Positions 1-9,419 are shown, numbered from the stretch's first letter. The stretch: DNA of 64,000 nucleotides from Candidatus Aenigmatarchaeota archaeon (GCA_016198585.1 JACQII010000016.1:88932-152931); one strand, 5' to 3'. Made by a program: numbers and translations. The notes: generated by a model not told the origin, from the sequence alone.

Positions 1-862
1 CGAGGAAGAATCGCTGGACTCGTTCCCGCTGGGCCTTGCCCCAGGTTGCCCCAAGGACCTGGTACTCCTCTCCTGGCCGATAGCGATCGATCCGAGAGAA
101 GAAGAGTCTCGACACGTCCTCGAAACCGTGGTAGACCGTGACGTCCTGATCCCAGAGCACGCGGAAATAACCCCGGAAGCTGTCGGCGATTTGGCGGCTC
201 CCGATAAGGAAGGCTAGCGGTCGGTCTCCCCAGAGCACGATCGCGACGCTCTCACCGAAGACGTGCACTTCCCCTGGGGTGGAGAACTCCCGCGGAACGG
301 TCTTCACCTCGGTGAGGGGAAGCGAACGGTTCACCGAGATGAGATGACGGGCGCCTTCGTTGAGAATGATCCGGCCACGAACCCCCTTCCGTGCTCGCCG
401 CCGGCTCCACCCCTCGAGGAAGCGGCTGAACGGTTCGGCGACATCCGCGGCCACGAATACGATGTGCTCGTCCCCGGGTTGGAGTGCCCTGAGCATCATC
501 TCGAAGACCGTCCTCATCCCCTGTTCACCTTCGTAGACGGTGGCCTCGTGCCGCACCTTTGCAAGCTCCCTTTTCACTTGGAGGTGGGGAAGGAGCGAGC
601 GCAGATGATTCTCCCTCTCGCGCATCACATCAAGAAGGACTTCAGGGTCTGCAGCCTCGAAGTAACGCTTCTTTCCCTTGATGACCGAACTCGCAAGTCC
701 CTTCTCGATCAGCCGCTGGAGGAGGGCGTAGGCAGTAGCCCGGTGGAAACCTGTTTTCTTGATCACCGGACCGGCAGTCGTGGAGCCAGCCTCAAGGAGG
801 GCGAGGTAAGTCGCCGCTTCTCCCGCAGAGAGGCCGGCGTCCACCAAGGCGGACGTGTCCAT
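1..862 (-). CDS. TrmB-family transcriptional regulator (3' end runs off the window)
   Basis: Not in the ORF track. Hand translation from the ATG at 862: MDTSALVDAGLSAGEAATYLALLEAGSTTAGPVIKKTGFHRATAYALLQRLIEKGLASSVIKGKKRYFEAADPE..., a typical TrmB wHTH; YEGEQG motif, then apparently a second effector domain (VYHGFEDV). Confidence 0.85.
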   Translation of the reverse strand, partial: MDTSALVDAGLSAGEAATYLALLEAGSTTAGPVIKKTGFHRATAYALLQRLIEKGLASSVIKGKKRYFEAADPEVLLDVMRERENHLRSLLPHLQVKRELAKVRHEATVYEGEQGMRTVFEMMLRALQPGDEHIVFVAADVAEPFSRFLEGWSRRRARKGVRGRIILNEGARHLISVNRSLPLTEVKTVPREFSTPGEVHVFGESVAIVLWGDRPLAFLIGSRQIADSFRGYFRVLWDQDVTVYHGFEDVSRLFFSRIDRYRPGEEYQVLGATWGKAQRERVQRFFL

Positions 863-891
863 AGGGATACCTCGGGAAGCGTACTTAAATG

Positions 892-913
892 TGTTGTCCA
901 TATCTGGACGACA
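892..913. promoter_or_regulatory. Palindromic operator TGTTGT-N10-ACGACA between divergent TrmB and ABC promoters
   Basis: tgttgtcca-tatc-tggacgaca inverted repeat between two TATA-like boxes; same motif at 24651-24672 before another TrmB. Confidence 0.6.
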
Positions 914-937
914 AACATATTAAAGGAAGAACGTTTA

Positions 938-958
938 TGTCATCGGATAGGAGTGACA
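938..958. promoter_or_regulatory. Operator TGTCAT-N9-GTGACA directly before the ABC substrate-binding gene start
   Basis: tgtcat-cggatagga-gtgaca-ATG; same spacing as the sites at 9098 and 9450. Confidence 0.5.
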
Positions 959-1939
959 ATGAACAAGATATTCGTGGCCGTCATCGGCGTGATCCTCGTG
1001 GCGGGCCTGCTCGGCCTTTCAAGCGGTCCCGCCGCGGGACCGGAGCAGATGGTCCGCATAGGAGACCTGCCGATCGTCGACGGCCTGCCGCTCTACGTTG
1101 CCCTGGAGAAGGGCTACTTCGCCGAGGAGGGGTTGCATGTTGAACGAGTGCAATTCGAGGCGCCGAACCAGATCATCGACGCCCTGCTCCAGGATCGGAT
1201 TGACTTCGGGTCGCCGAGCATCGCGCTCGGGATCACCGGCATCGCCGACCACAAGAATCCCGGGAAGCTCAAGATCTATGCCGCCGCAGGCGGCTCCGTC
1301 GACCACCCGAAGGAGAACCTCTTGGTCGCTCCTGACAGCGACATCGTCTCGATCTCCGACCTGAGCGGCAAGAGGCTCGGGATCCTTGGCGGTATCCAAT
1401 GGCGGACGATCGCGAGGGAGCTGCTCGCCCAGCACGGCCTGGAGATGGACAAGGACGTGACCATCGTCGAGCTGTCGCCTGCCCTGCAGGTCCAGGCTCT
1501 CGCTTCCGGTCAGATCGACGCGTTGCTTGCCCTTGAGCCCATGTCCACGGTCGCCATCCAGCAGGGAGCCGGCAAGATCATGATCAGCGGCCCGGTAGAG
1601 AAGGGCATAGCAAATCCGTTCTATGGCGGCGCGGGCGTCGTACGGGCCGCGTTTGCCGAGGAATACCCGGAGCAGACGGCGAAGGTGTTGCGCGCATTCG
1701 AAAGGGCGATGGACGACATCGCGGCCGACCCCGCCGCTCACAAGCAGTATCTCCTCGGGTACACCCCTCTGAGCGAAGAGGTCGTTCAGGAGGTGCCGAT
1801 TGTCATGTTCAGGTCGTGCAGCGATTTCACGTCGGATGACATAGGGGCCATGCAGGCGTTTTACGACATCTTCACGAAATATGGGATTGTCGACGGGGAG
1901 ATCGACCCGCACACGCTCCTCTATTGCGAGACGGAGTGA
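959..1939 (+). CDS. NitT/TauT (NMT1/SsuA-like) ABC transporter substrate-binding protein
   Basis: Hydrophobic N-terminal anchor MNKIFVAVIGVILVAG; LPLYVALEKGYFAEEGL, DLSGKRLG and ALASGQIDA motifs; start reassigned to the ATG at 959. Confidence 0.85.
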   Translation: MNKIFVAVIGVILVAGLLGLSSGPAAGPEQMVRIGDLPIVDGLPLYVALEKGYFAEEGLHVERVQFEAPNQIIDALLQDRIDFGSPSIALGITGIADHKNPGKLKIYAAAGGSVDHPKENLLVAPDSDIVSISDLSGKRLGILGGIQWRTIARELLAQHGLEMDKDVTIVELSPALQVQALASGQIDALLALEPMSTVAIQQGAGKIMISGPVEKGIANPFYGGAGVVRAAFAEEYPEQTAKVLRAFERAMDDIAADPAAHKQYLLGYTPLSEEVVQEVPIVMFRSCSDFTSDDIGAMQAFYDIFTKYGIVDGEIDPHTLLYCETE

Positions 1940-1966
1940 CCTGTCGGATGGTTCTGAGAGTTGATT

Positions 1967-2716
1967 ATGGGAATAACAATATCGGTCAGGGATGTGAAGA
2001 AGCGCTTCGGCCAGAAGGAGGTGTTTCAGGATGTGTCGTTCCGCGTCCGGAAGGGTGAGATCGTGGCCCTCTTCGGCCCGAACGGGTGCGGTAAATCCAC
2101 CCTACTCAACATCCTGTCACGGCTGGTAGAGAAGGACGGCGGAAAATGCGATGTGGACGGATTTTCATCCAGCCGCGTCAGCTATGTCTTCCAGAACTAC
2201 CGGGACTCCCTCCTGCCGTGGAGGAACGTCTATGACAACGTCGCCTTCCCCCTTGAACTCCAGGACATGAACGCTGACGACATACGGAAGCGGGTCCAAG
2301 AGGTGGAGAGCATCCTCGGCGTCCGCCTCGACCGTAGGAAATATCCATACGAACTGAGCGGAGGGCAGCAGCAGATGCTTGCGTTCGCGCGGGCCCTCGT
2401 CACCAGACCCCAGGTGTTCTTCATCGACGAACCGTTCTCGGCCCTGGACTACGAGAACAACCTCCTCCTGCGGAAGCGGTTGCAGGAGTACTGCGTGATC
2501 CACAGGCCAACGGTCTTGGTGGTCACCCACGACATCGAGGAAGCGGTGCATCTTGCAGGTAGGATCGTCGTCCTCTCGAAGCCGCCGGCACGGGTGGTCG
2601 ACGTCGTAGAGAATCCGTCCGCTTACCCCCGCGATCTTTCCTTCCTGGATTCGAAACAGTATCGGGACGTGAAGGGCAGGGTCTTCGCCGCGTTCCAGAA
2701 GGGGGCCGGCTTATGA
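1967..2716 (+). CDS. NitT/TauT ABC transporter ATP-binding protein
   Basis: Walker A GPNGCGKS, signature LSGGQQQ, Walker B FFIDEPFSALD, VTHD. Confidence 0.92.
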   Translation: MGITISVRDVKKRFGQKEVFQDVSFRVRKGEIVALFGPNGCGKSTLLNILSRLVEKDGGKCDVDGFSSSRVSYVFQNYRDSLLPWRNVYDNVAFPLELQDMNADDIRKRVQEVESILGVRLDRRKYPYELSGGQQQMLAFARALVTRPQVFFIDEPFSALDYENNLLLRKRLQEYCVIHRPTVLVVTHDIEEAVHLAGRIVVLSKPPARVVDVVENPSAYPRDLSFLDSKQYRDVKGRVFAAFQKGAGL

Positions 2717-3462
2717 AACACGGGAAGACCGTCCTCCTGGGGCCAGGACTCGCCCTCTTGGCATGGTATCTTATCGCCGAACTGCGCCTCGTCGACGCGT
2801 TCTTCCTCCCGGGTCCGATAGCGACCATCAGCGAGCTGCTCGAACTGGCCGTTGGAGGCGGCATCATCACTGATGCGCTCCTCACCCTTGAGCGGGTCTT
2901 CCTCGCGTTCGTCATCGCTGTCCTGGTCGGCATACCGGTCGGGCTGTTCCTCGGCACTTCGCGACGGGTGTATGAAAGCCTCGAGATGGTCATCGACTTC
3001 TTCAGGTCGATCCCGGCGACGGCGATCTTCCCCCTGTTTGTGGTGGTATTTGGGATTGAGGACAGCTCGAAGATCGCGGTCGCTTCGTTCGCCTCGGCGC
3101 TCATCATTCTCTTCCATACCGCCCACGGCGTCATGCACGCGAAGAAGTCGAGGACTTTGGCAGCCCGGCTCATGGGCGCTACGAAGCTCCAGGTATTCCG
3201 GTTCGTCTCCTTCTGGGAATGTTTGCCTCAGATCTTCGTCGGCCTCCGGACGGCGGTGAGCCTCTCCCTGGTCATTGTCGTTGTGACGGAGATGTTCATC
3301 GGCACCTATGCCGGCCTCGGACGCCGCCTCATCGATTTCCAGTACGTGTACAACATCGAGGGCATGTACGCGATCATCCTGCTGACGGGGATCATCGGCT
3401 ACCTGATCAACGCGGTCTTCATCCTCCTCGAGCGACGGGTCGTCCACTGGTCAGGGAAATAA
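2713..3462 (+). CDS. NitT/TauT ABC transporter permease
   Basis: Multiple TM segments, EAA-like loop (AARLMGA), ATGA overlap with the ATPase gene. Confidence 0.9.
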   Translation: MKHGKTVLLGPGLALLAWYLIAELRLVDAFFLPGPIATISELLELAVGGGIITDALLTLERVFLAFVIAVLVGIPVGLFLGTSRRVYESLEMVIDFFRSIPATAIFPLFVVVFGIEDSSKIAVASFASALIILFHTAHGVMHAKKSRTLAARLMGATKLQVFRFVSFWECLPQIFVGLRTAVSLSLVIVVVTEMFIGTYAGLGRRLIDFQYVYNIEGMYAIILLTGIIGYLINAVFILLERRVVHWSGK

Positions 3463-3560
3463 TATCTGATGGCAGGTGCCAGCCCCTTCACAGTCAACCG
3501 ACCCACGAGGCCGGGGCGGTCCTGACGCTGGAATTTAAGTTCTGACGGGAAAGATCTTCC

Positions 3561-4019
3561 ATGAAGGTCGCGCCGCTCTCGAAGCGACAGGAACCAGGGC
3601 TGAACCGCCTGCTGCGCGAGTACTGGGAGACCCGCGGGATGCGCTACTCTGCAGCCTACACCCGTCGCTACCTGCGGGAAGGCCATCGCATCGAGATCCT
3701 CGGCGACCGGTTCTTCGTCGCCGTTGACGGCCAGGAGGTCATCGGCTGCGCATCCGTGGTCTTCCAGGAACCTGAAGTGGCTGAGCTGCGCGACCTCTTC
3801 GTCCGGCCGGCCTGGAGGAACCGGGGAGTCGCGAACCAGCTGCTGCTGGCCAGCGTCGCCGCGTGCCGAACGCGGAAGGTTAGAAAAGTCTTCGCGCTCG
3901 TGTTTCCCGAGGTCGCGGACCTCTACCGCGCGCACGGATTCAGGGAAGAGGGGAGACTCAGGAGCCACTTCGCGCGCGGCGAGGACCTGCTCATCGTGGC
4001 GCGGTTCCTGCGGACGTAG
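3561..4019 (+). CDS. GNAT-family N-acetyltransferase
   Basis: LFVRPAWRNRGVA acetyl-CoA motif A; LYRAHGF motif B. Confidence 0.85.
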   Translation: MKVAPLSKRQEPGLNRLLREYWETRGMRYSAAYTRRYLREGHRIEILGDRFFVAVDGQEVIGCASVVFQEPEVAELRDLFVRPAWRNRGVANQLLLASVAACRTRKVRKVFALVFPEVADLYRAHGFREEGRLRSHFARGEDLLIVARFLRT

Positions 4020-4068
4020 CTGGACTGCAGCTTTTTATGTTTGCGCGCCCAATACAGAGTGGGTTTCG

Positions 4069-4416
4069 TTGGAACCCATCGAACGGCGCTACCGAACAGG
4101 CGACACGGTTTCTCTGCACTATGTGCATGATGTCGGTTTCCCGGCTGAGCCGCAGGCGTTCGAGCTGGTGGACATCCACGACGGTTACGTCACCGCCCAG
4201 GTGGCCGGCTGCCGGCCAACCTTCTACCCCCTCAGCGCATTCGCCGAGCTGCTGCGCACCGATGGCCACCAGCTCGTGGTCCGGGAGGACGCAGCTTTCC
4301 ACCGGTTCCTGCGGGTGCGGGGAGCCTATGCGACCGCCCAGGAGATCGCCCGGCGCTACCACGCCGCCGTGCTTGAGGCCGTCGAGGGCCTGCAGCAGCG
4401 CGAACAGCGCCGATGA
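4069..4416 (+). CDS. Hypothetical protein (~115 aa)
   Basis: Open frame fills the gap; TATA-like ttttat at ~4033; the TTG start is a guess. Confidence 0.5.
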   Translation: MEPIERRYRTGDTVSLHYVHDVGFPAEPQAFELVDIHDGYVTAQVAGCRPTFYPLSAFAELLRTDGHQLVVREDAAFHRFLRVRGAYATAQEIARRYHAAVLEAVEGLQQREQRR

Positions 4417-4422
4417 GCGGCG

Positions 4423-5565
4423 CTACTTGCCGAACGTGAGGGAGAGCGCGCCCGCCTGGGTGCCGTCGGTGTAGAACGCGAGTTGCCCACCGATCCGCAT
4501 TTTTCCGAGCGTCGTGCGGATCCCCACGAGCGGACCCGACCGGGTGTCGTCGCCAAACGAGTCCATGCCCCAGCCGATACATAAACCGTCCCAACGCGAG
4601 GACTCACGATCGAACTGCCCGGGAAAGACAAGAGCGTCCCAATGCGTCGATGATGAGCCATCGGGGGAGGCGAGGCGCAGATATTGGATGTTGGCGAGAT
4701 CACCGAAAGCCCAAGGGTCAGCGACCCGATTGAAATTATACTCGTGGGTAAGCGAGGGATCGGTTGCGAACCTCGGGTCGGGATAGAGGATACCGATTGG
4801 CCCGAACAAGCGGCCGGCCCGCTTCTCGTGTCCGAAAAACCGTCCATGGTGGCCCAGCGAGAGCCCGGCCAGCGTGAACTGCGCGCCCGGCTCGTCGCCT
4901 ACCATGTTGTCTACGTGCAGCACGTCCAGGGCCGGCCGCAGCTGAAGGCTCTCGTCTAGTACAGGCAAGACTATCCCTGCCAGATAGCGAGCTTGCTCCT
5001 GCTCTCGCTGGTGGCCGACCGCGATCTCCCAGCCGCTGGACGCCCAGGTCGCGATGCCGCCCGCTCCGTAGGTGTCCGTGGTCTTACCGTCCTTCGCGAA
5101 GCCAGCAACAGCATAGGCGACCGAATCCTGTCCAGTGGTGGCCTTGTTGCGATACAGCAGCCGAGTGAAATCGAAGTCCGCGTCCCCGGGGAGCTCGACC
5201 CGGCCGCCGCCGACGCTCCACCGATCGTCCGGTTGGTAGGCTGCGGCGACGGTGTGCGCGTCCCGGCCAGCTGCCTGGTCGTCGAGGACGTGACCGGCAA
5301 CCACCACGTCGCCCTCAGCGGCCGGGAATCGGGCCATGAGGCTCACGTAGTCCAGGCGGTCATCACCGGACACGCGGCCGACGCCGGCCAGAAAATCCGG
5401 ATGGGTCACGGTGAGTTGGGTGTTCAGGTTGTCGCCAGTATGGTGTGTATATGATTCCGCAACAAGGGTGTCCCAGGGCGTCGCGGCAGCTTCCTGGACG
5501 GAAGCGGGCGCGCTGCAGGCTGTCGCCAGCGCCAGGGAACCCAGGGCATATCGGAAAGCGCGCAT
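4423..5565 (-). CDS. Secreted/lipoprotein-like beta-strand-rich protein (possible beta-barrel)
   Basis: MRAFRYALGSLALATAC signal with a Cys; many alternating amphipathic Gly/aromatic strands; ends GALSLTFGK. Confidence 0.65.
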   Translation of the reverse strand: MRAFRYALGSLALATACSAPASVQEAAATPWDTLVAESYTHHTGDNLNTQLTVTHPDFLAGVGRVSGDDRLDYVSLMARFPAAEGDVVVAGHVLDDQAAGRDAHTVAAAYQPDDRWSVGGGRVELPGDADFDFTRLLYRNKATTGQDSVAYAVAGFAKDGKTTDTYGAGGIATWASSGWEIAVGHQREQEQARYLAGIVLPVLDESLQLRPALDVLHVDNMVGDEPGAQFTLAGLSLGHHGRFFGHEKRAGRLFGPIGILYPDPRFATDPSLTHEYNFNRVADPWAFGDLANIQYLRLASPDGSSSTHWDALVFPGQFDRESSRWDGLCIGWGMDSFGDDTRSGPLVGIRTTLGKMRIGGQLAFYTDGTQAGALSLTFGK

Positions 5566-5609
5566 AGTCGCCTCGTAGGTGACCTGCCATTCCGCTCCTT
5601 TTAATAATA

Positions 5610-5632
5610 TGTGGTGCTGTACAAATACCACG
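5610..5632. promoter_or_regulatory. Palindrome TGTGGT-N11-ACCACG between divergent TATA boxes
   Basis: gtggt-gctgtacaaat-accac between ttttaat (~5599) and ttttata (~5634), upstream of TrmB. Confidence 0.45.
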
Positions 5633-5662
5633 CTTTTATATGCCCGAATCGCAAGAGGTCTC

Positions 5663-6403
5663 ATGGCGCTGGCGATCCTGCGGAAGATCGGGCTGTCGGA
5701 AGGCGAGGCGACCGTCTACACCGCCCTCCTCGAGGCAGGCCGCTCGCCGCTGAGCAGGATCCACGAGAGGACCGGCATCGAGCGGCGCAACATCTACGAC
5801 ATCCTGAACAAGTTGATCGAGCGCGGACTCGTCACGTACGTGACCGAGAACCGGCGGCGCTTCTTCCAAGCCGGTCACCCGAGCACGCTGGTCGGCTACC
5901 TCGATGCGAAAGGGGACGAGCTGGAGCGGACCAAGCGCGCTGTGCAGAAGGAGCTTCCCAGCCTGGTGGGGACGTTCCTCGCGAAACGGCCAGCCGTCTC
6001 GGCAGAAATCTTCCGCGGCCACGACGGGATGAAGGCGGCCTGGGAAGACATCCTCCGCGAGAAGGAAATCCGGTTCATTGGGTCGGGCCGGTACGTACCG
6101 AAGACCCTCCCGCGCTTCTTCCGCAGCTGGAACGCGCGCCGGATCGCGCGGCGCATGAAGCTCTTCAACCTGGTCCGGGCCGAGCTCCGGAAGGAGATCA
6201 GGAAGCCTTACCCGCTCGAGTACATCCGCTACCTGCCACCCGAATTCAGCGGCAACCCTGCCGTCGTCGCTATCTACGGCAACAAGACCACCCTGCTGCT
6301 CCTCGGGACTGAGTTCTTCGCCTTCGTGATCGAGAGCAAGGAGCTCGCCGACAACTATCGGGATTACTTTCGCTTTTTATGGTCAAATGTCGCAAAAAGG
6401 TAG
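5663..6403 (+). CDS. TrmB-family transcriptional regulator
   Basis: LRKIGLSEGEATVYTALL...IYDILNKLIERGLV wHTH; IFRGHDGMK; YFRFLW C-terminus. Confidence 0.88.
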   Translation: MALAILRKIGLSEGEATVYTALLEAGRSPLSRIHERTGIERRNIYDILNKLIERGLVTYVTENRRRFFQAGHPSTLVGYLDAKGDELERTKRAVQKELPSLVGTFLAKRPAVSAEIFRGHDGMKAAWEDILREKEIRFIGSGRYVPKTLPRFFRSWNARRIARRMKLFNLVRAELRKEIRKPYPLEYIRYLPPEFSGNPAVVAIYGNKTTLLLLGTEFFAFVIESKELADNYRDYFRFLWSNVAKR

Positions 6404-6424
6404 CAGGAGCCTGAGGTGAGAGAC

Positions 6425-8137
6425 ATGAAGATGCGTTCCCCGATCCTGGTCGCGCTCGGCCACGTCGACCATGGGAAGACCACGCTGCTGGACAAGATTA
6501 GGGGAAGCGACGTCGCCCGGACTGAACCCGGCCTCATCACCCAATACATCTCCGCCAGCTACATCCCCACCAACACGATCCGCCAGCGATGCGGGCCGCT
6601 GCTCGACCGGTTGGGCATCACCCTCAACATCCCGGGCATCCTCTGGATGGACTCCCCAGGACACGAGGCGTTCACGACCCTCCGCAAGCGAGGCGGCGCG
6701 ATCGCCGACTTCGCCGTCCTGGTGGTCGACCTGATGGAGGGATTCCAGCCCCAGACCCGGGAGAGCGTGAACTTCCTCCGCCAGTTCAAGACCCCCTTCT
6801 GCGTCGCACTCACCAAGATCGACCGCCTGGTGGGCTGGGTGCCCCGGCCGGGGGAGCCGTTCGTGGCCTCGTTCGAGGACCAGTCCTCCCGGACAAAGGA
6901 GGCGTTCGATGACAAGTTCTACCGGATCATCGGCGAGCTCGGGAGGGAAGGGTTCTCTGCCGAGCGGTTCGACCGGGTGGAGGACTTCACCAAGCAGATC
7001 GCCATTGTCCCGCTCTCCGGCACGACCGGCGAAGGCGTCCCTGATCTGCTCGTCATCATCGCTGGCATCGCCCAGCGGTTCCTCAAGGGCAGCCTCGAAG
7101 TCCAGCCGGGGAAGGGCAAGGGCACGGTCCTGGAGGTGAAAGAGGTCGTCGGCCTGGGCTCGACCATCGACGCGATCATCTACGACGGCTCCGTGCGCAG
7201 GGGAGACTTCCTGGTGGTCGGCGGCAACGACCTGGTCCGCTCGCGCGTCAAGGCGCTGCTCGTGCCGGCTCCGCTGAAGGAGCTGCGCATGGAGAAAGGC
7301 TTCCAGCCAGCAGATGAAATCGCGGCCGCAGCCGGCGTCAGGATCGCTGGCCCGGGCCTGGAATTCGTGCTCGCGGGCTCGCCCTTCCGCGTCGTCAAGT
7401 CCGAGAAGGAGGTCACGGCCGCCGAGGATGAAGTCAGGGAAGAGGTCGAGGAGGTCGAATTCGCCTCTGCCCAGGACGGCGCCATCCTCCGGGCCGACAC
7501 CCTCGGGAGCCTCGAAGCCCTGATCAAGACCCTGCAGCCGGTCGTCCCGATCCGGAAGGCCGGGGTCGGGACCGTGACCCGGGCCGACGTACTCGAGGCC
7601 AAGACCCTGGGCCGCCCGATCTTCGCCTTCGGGACCAAGCGGCTCCCGGACATCGAGAAGTTCGCCAAGGACAACCAGGTCGCCCTGTTCGCCTCGGACA
7701 TCATCTACGCCATGGTCGAGGACTACCAGACCTGGGAGCTCGGCGCGAAAGAGCGCTCGCTGCAGCACATCCTGGATTCGGTCCCCCGGCCAGGCCAGGT
7801 GGCGGTCCTCAGGGGCTTCCTCTTCCGGCAGAAGGACCCTGCAGTGTTCGGGGTCGAGGTCGTGAAAGGCACGATCAGGCCTGGCGTCGTCCTGGTGAAC
7901 AAGGGGAAGAAGATCGGCGAGGTCAAGGAGATCCAGGACCAGGGAGAGTCCCGTCCAGAGGCCGTCAAGGGCCAACGCATCGCGATTTCCATGCCCGACG
8001 TGGTCTTCGGCAAGCAGGTCAACGAAGGCAACGTCCTCGAAGTCTTCCTTTCGGAGGCGACGCGCGAGGCCCTGGAGAAGGCCCGCAGCAAGCTGCGGCT
8101 GGACGAGCGCGAGCTGCTCGATGCGGCGGGATTTTAA
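6425..8137 (+). CDS. infB: Translation initiation factor aIF5B (IF-2)
   Basis: RSPILVALGHVDHGKTTLLD, GLITQYI, DSPGHEAF, TKID; ADTLGSLEAL. Confidence 0.96.
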   Translation: MKMRSPILVALGHVDHGKTTLLDKIRGSDVARTEPGLITQYISASYIPTNTIRQRCGPLLDRLGITLNIPGILWMDSPGHEAFTTLRKRGGAIADFAVLVVDLMEGFQPQTRESVNFLRQFKTPFCVALTKIDRLVGWVPRPGEPFVASFEDQSSRTKEAFDDKFYRIIGELGREGFSAERFDRVEDFTKQIAIVPLSGTTGEGVPDLLVIIAGIAQRFLKGSLEVQPGKGKGTVLEVKEVVGLGSTIDAIIYDGSVRRGDFLVVGGNDLVRSRVKALLVPAPLKELRMEKGFQPADEIAAAAGVRIAGPGLEFVLAGSPFRVVKSEKEVTAAEDEVREEVEEVEFASAQDGAILRADTLGSLEALIKTLQPVVPIRKAGVGTVTRADVLEAKTLGRPIFAFGTKRLPDIEKFAKDNQVALFASDIIYAMVEDYQTWELGAKERSLQHILDSVPRPGQVAVLRGFLFRQKDPAVFGVEVVKGTIRPGVVLVNKGKKIGEVKEIQDQGESRPEAVKGQRIAISMPDVVFGKQVNEGNVLEVFLSEATREALEKARSKLRLDERELLDAAGF

Positions 8138-8159
8138 AGTGGCCGGCCCTAAAGATCTC

Positions 8160-8507
8160 ATGGGCATCCACTTCTACCAACGGACCGATCGCCACCGCGA
8201 CCAGCTCACGGGCCGCGAGCGCGAGGTCCAGCACGCAGTAGAGCGGGCCGCAGCCGGGATCGCGAAGCCGGTCGTGCGCGTCCACGCCAGCCACGTCCAC
8301 GTCTTCGCCTCGGTCCCGGAAGCGCGGGAACGGTTCTTCGCCAACCGCGTGCGGGCTGCACTGGCCGGCCTCCCTGATGTCCGGTGGGACGCCCACCACT
8401 ACCTCTTCCCGGTCGCCTCCCTGCGGCCGCGCGACCTGGACCGCCTGCTCGAGGGGATGCACCAGAACCGGTATGCGGACGCTTCTGGACTGCGGAGACG
8501 GCCATGA
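8160..8507 (+). CDS. IS200-like (Y1) HUH-fold protein, apparently lacking the catalytic Tyr
   Basis: IHFYQRTDRHRDQLTG / SHVHVFASVP / WDAHHYLFPV / LDRLLE align in order with IS200 TnpA motifs; ATGA overlap with the next gene. Confidence 0.55.
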   Translation: MGIHFYQRTDRHRDQLTGREREVQHAVERAAAGIAKPVVRVHASHVHVFASVPEARERFFANRVRAALAGLPDVRWDAHHYLFPVASLRPRDLDRLLEGMHQNRYADASGLRRRP

Positions 8508-9004
8508 CCTTCCATCTCAACCCCTGGTTTCTCGTCACGCTCTTGGGTGAACCTGACCTCTGGCTGGTGATCGCGGTCGGGCTGGGCGTCTTCTCGCTCG
8601 TCTGGCGGCGGCTGCGGCCCAACCACCGCCTCCACGTCGTGCTCGAAGTCCTGATCCTCTCCCTCCTCATCGTCCTCGGCATCGTCTTCGCCACCAAGCA
8701 GGTGACCCAGATCGACCGGCCCTGCGGCCCGGAGAACCCGTACTGTCTCGAAGATTCTTCCTTCCCGTCGGGCCATGCGGCCAGCATCTTCGCCGCCTTC
8801 ACTGTCCTGCTGGCCTTCCTCCCGCGGCGCTGGCTGCCGTTGCTGGCCGTCCCCCTCCTGGTCGCGGCTTCCCGGGTGGCACTGGGCGTCCACACCTGGC
8901 TCGATGTGGCTGCTGGCGCTGTCCTCGGCATCCTGGTCGCCCTGGGCGTGATCGCCTCCTTCCGGAAGGCCGGCCGGCTGCAGAAATGGCCGTGGGAGCG
9001 CTAG
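8504..9004 (+). CDS. PAP2-family membrane phosphatase
   Basis: K-x6-RP (KQVTQIDRP), SFPSGH and SRVALGVHTWLDV motifs. Confidence 0.92.
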   Translation: MTFHLNPWFLVTLLGEPDLWLVIAVGLGVFSLVWRRLRPNHRLHVVLEVLILSLLIVLGIVFATKQVTQIDRPCGPENPYCLEDSSFPSGHAASIFAAFTVLLAFLPRRWLPLLAVPLLVAASRVALGVHTWLDVAAGAVLGILVALGVIASFRKAGRLQKWPWER

Positions 9005-9082
9005 CTACTGCTGCTGGTTCACTTCAGAAACCGGTGGCAGTAAACATATATCCTTGAATATAGCTATTGCAGCATCGCAAGG

Positions 9083-9118
9083 TATTTAAACCTTAAATGT
9101 CACCACTTGTCAGTGATA
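9083..9118 (+). promoter_or_regulatory. TATA box plus operator TGTCAC-N9-GTGATA
   Basis: tatttaaa (9083-9090), tgtcac-cacttgtca-gtgata (9098-9118), ATG 4 nt later. Confidence 0.6.
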
Positions 9119-9122
9119 TCCT

Positions 9123-9359
9123 ATGACGCGACGTGATGACGAGCTGGTCAATCGGGTGGTCGAGAAGGTCCTGAAGGACTTCGACTTCGAGATTGATGAC
9201 ATGCTCGAAGCCAACCAGGAGGAAGTTGTCCAGGCTATCAAGGACTCGATCCTGGAGCACCTGGATCAGGAGCCTCCGCACGTGGACTGGATCCAGCTGG
9301 TTGACCTCGACGAGGCCGAAGCGCACAAGAACAAGAACGGCGACTTCCTGGCTGCGTAA
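9123..9359 (+). CDS. Small acidic hypothetical protein (78 aa)
   Basis: ORF with its own TATA/operator, GC3-biased codons, ends DFLAA, followed by a pyrimidine tract. Confidence 0.75.
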   Translation: MTRRDDELVNRVVEKVLKDFDFEIDDMLEANQEEVVQAIKDSILEHLDQEPPHVDWIQLVDLDEAEAHKNKNGDFLAA

Positions 9360-9397
9360 GCACCTTTCCCTTTTTCCCTCGTGGGATTTCTCCTCCC

Positions 9398-9419
9398 CAA
9401 AGGGACGGCCGTCCCTTTG
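9398..9419. repeat. Perfect 22-bp palindrome caaagggacggccgtccctttg
   Basis: Sequence equals its own reverse complement; intergenic. Confidence 0.8.

Noticed and set aside
263-958. Long N-terminal extension of the ABC substrate-binding ORF (558 aa in the track)
   Set aside because: It is the antisense shadow of the minus-strand TrmB gene; the TATA box and membrane anchor place the start at 959.
6383-8167. Long antisense ORFs (also 12418-14007, 15381-17168, 18630-20234, 28219-29706, 36959-38857)
   Set aside because: They lie opposite well-supported genes and are expected shadows in high-GC3 DNA; they show no motifs.
8160-9419. Intact IS200/IS605 element
   Set aside because: No catalytic Tyr, no tnpB, and no subterminal hairpins flanking the ORF.
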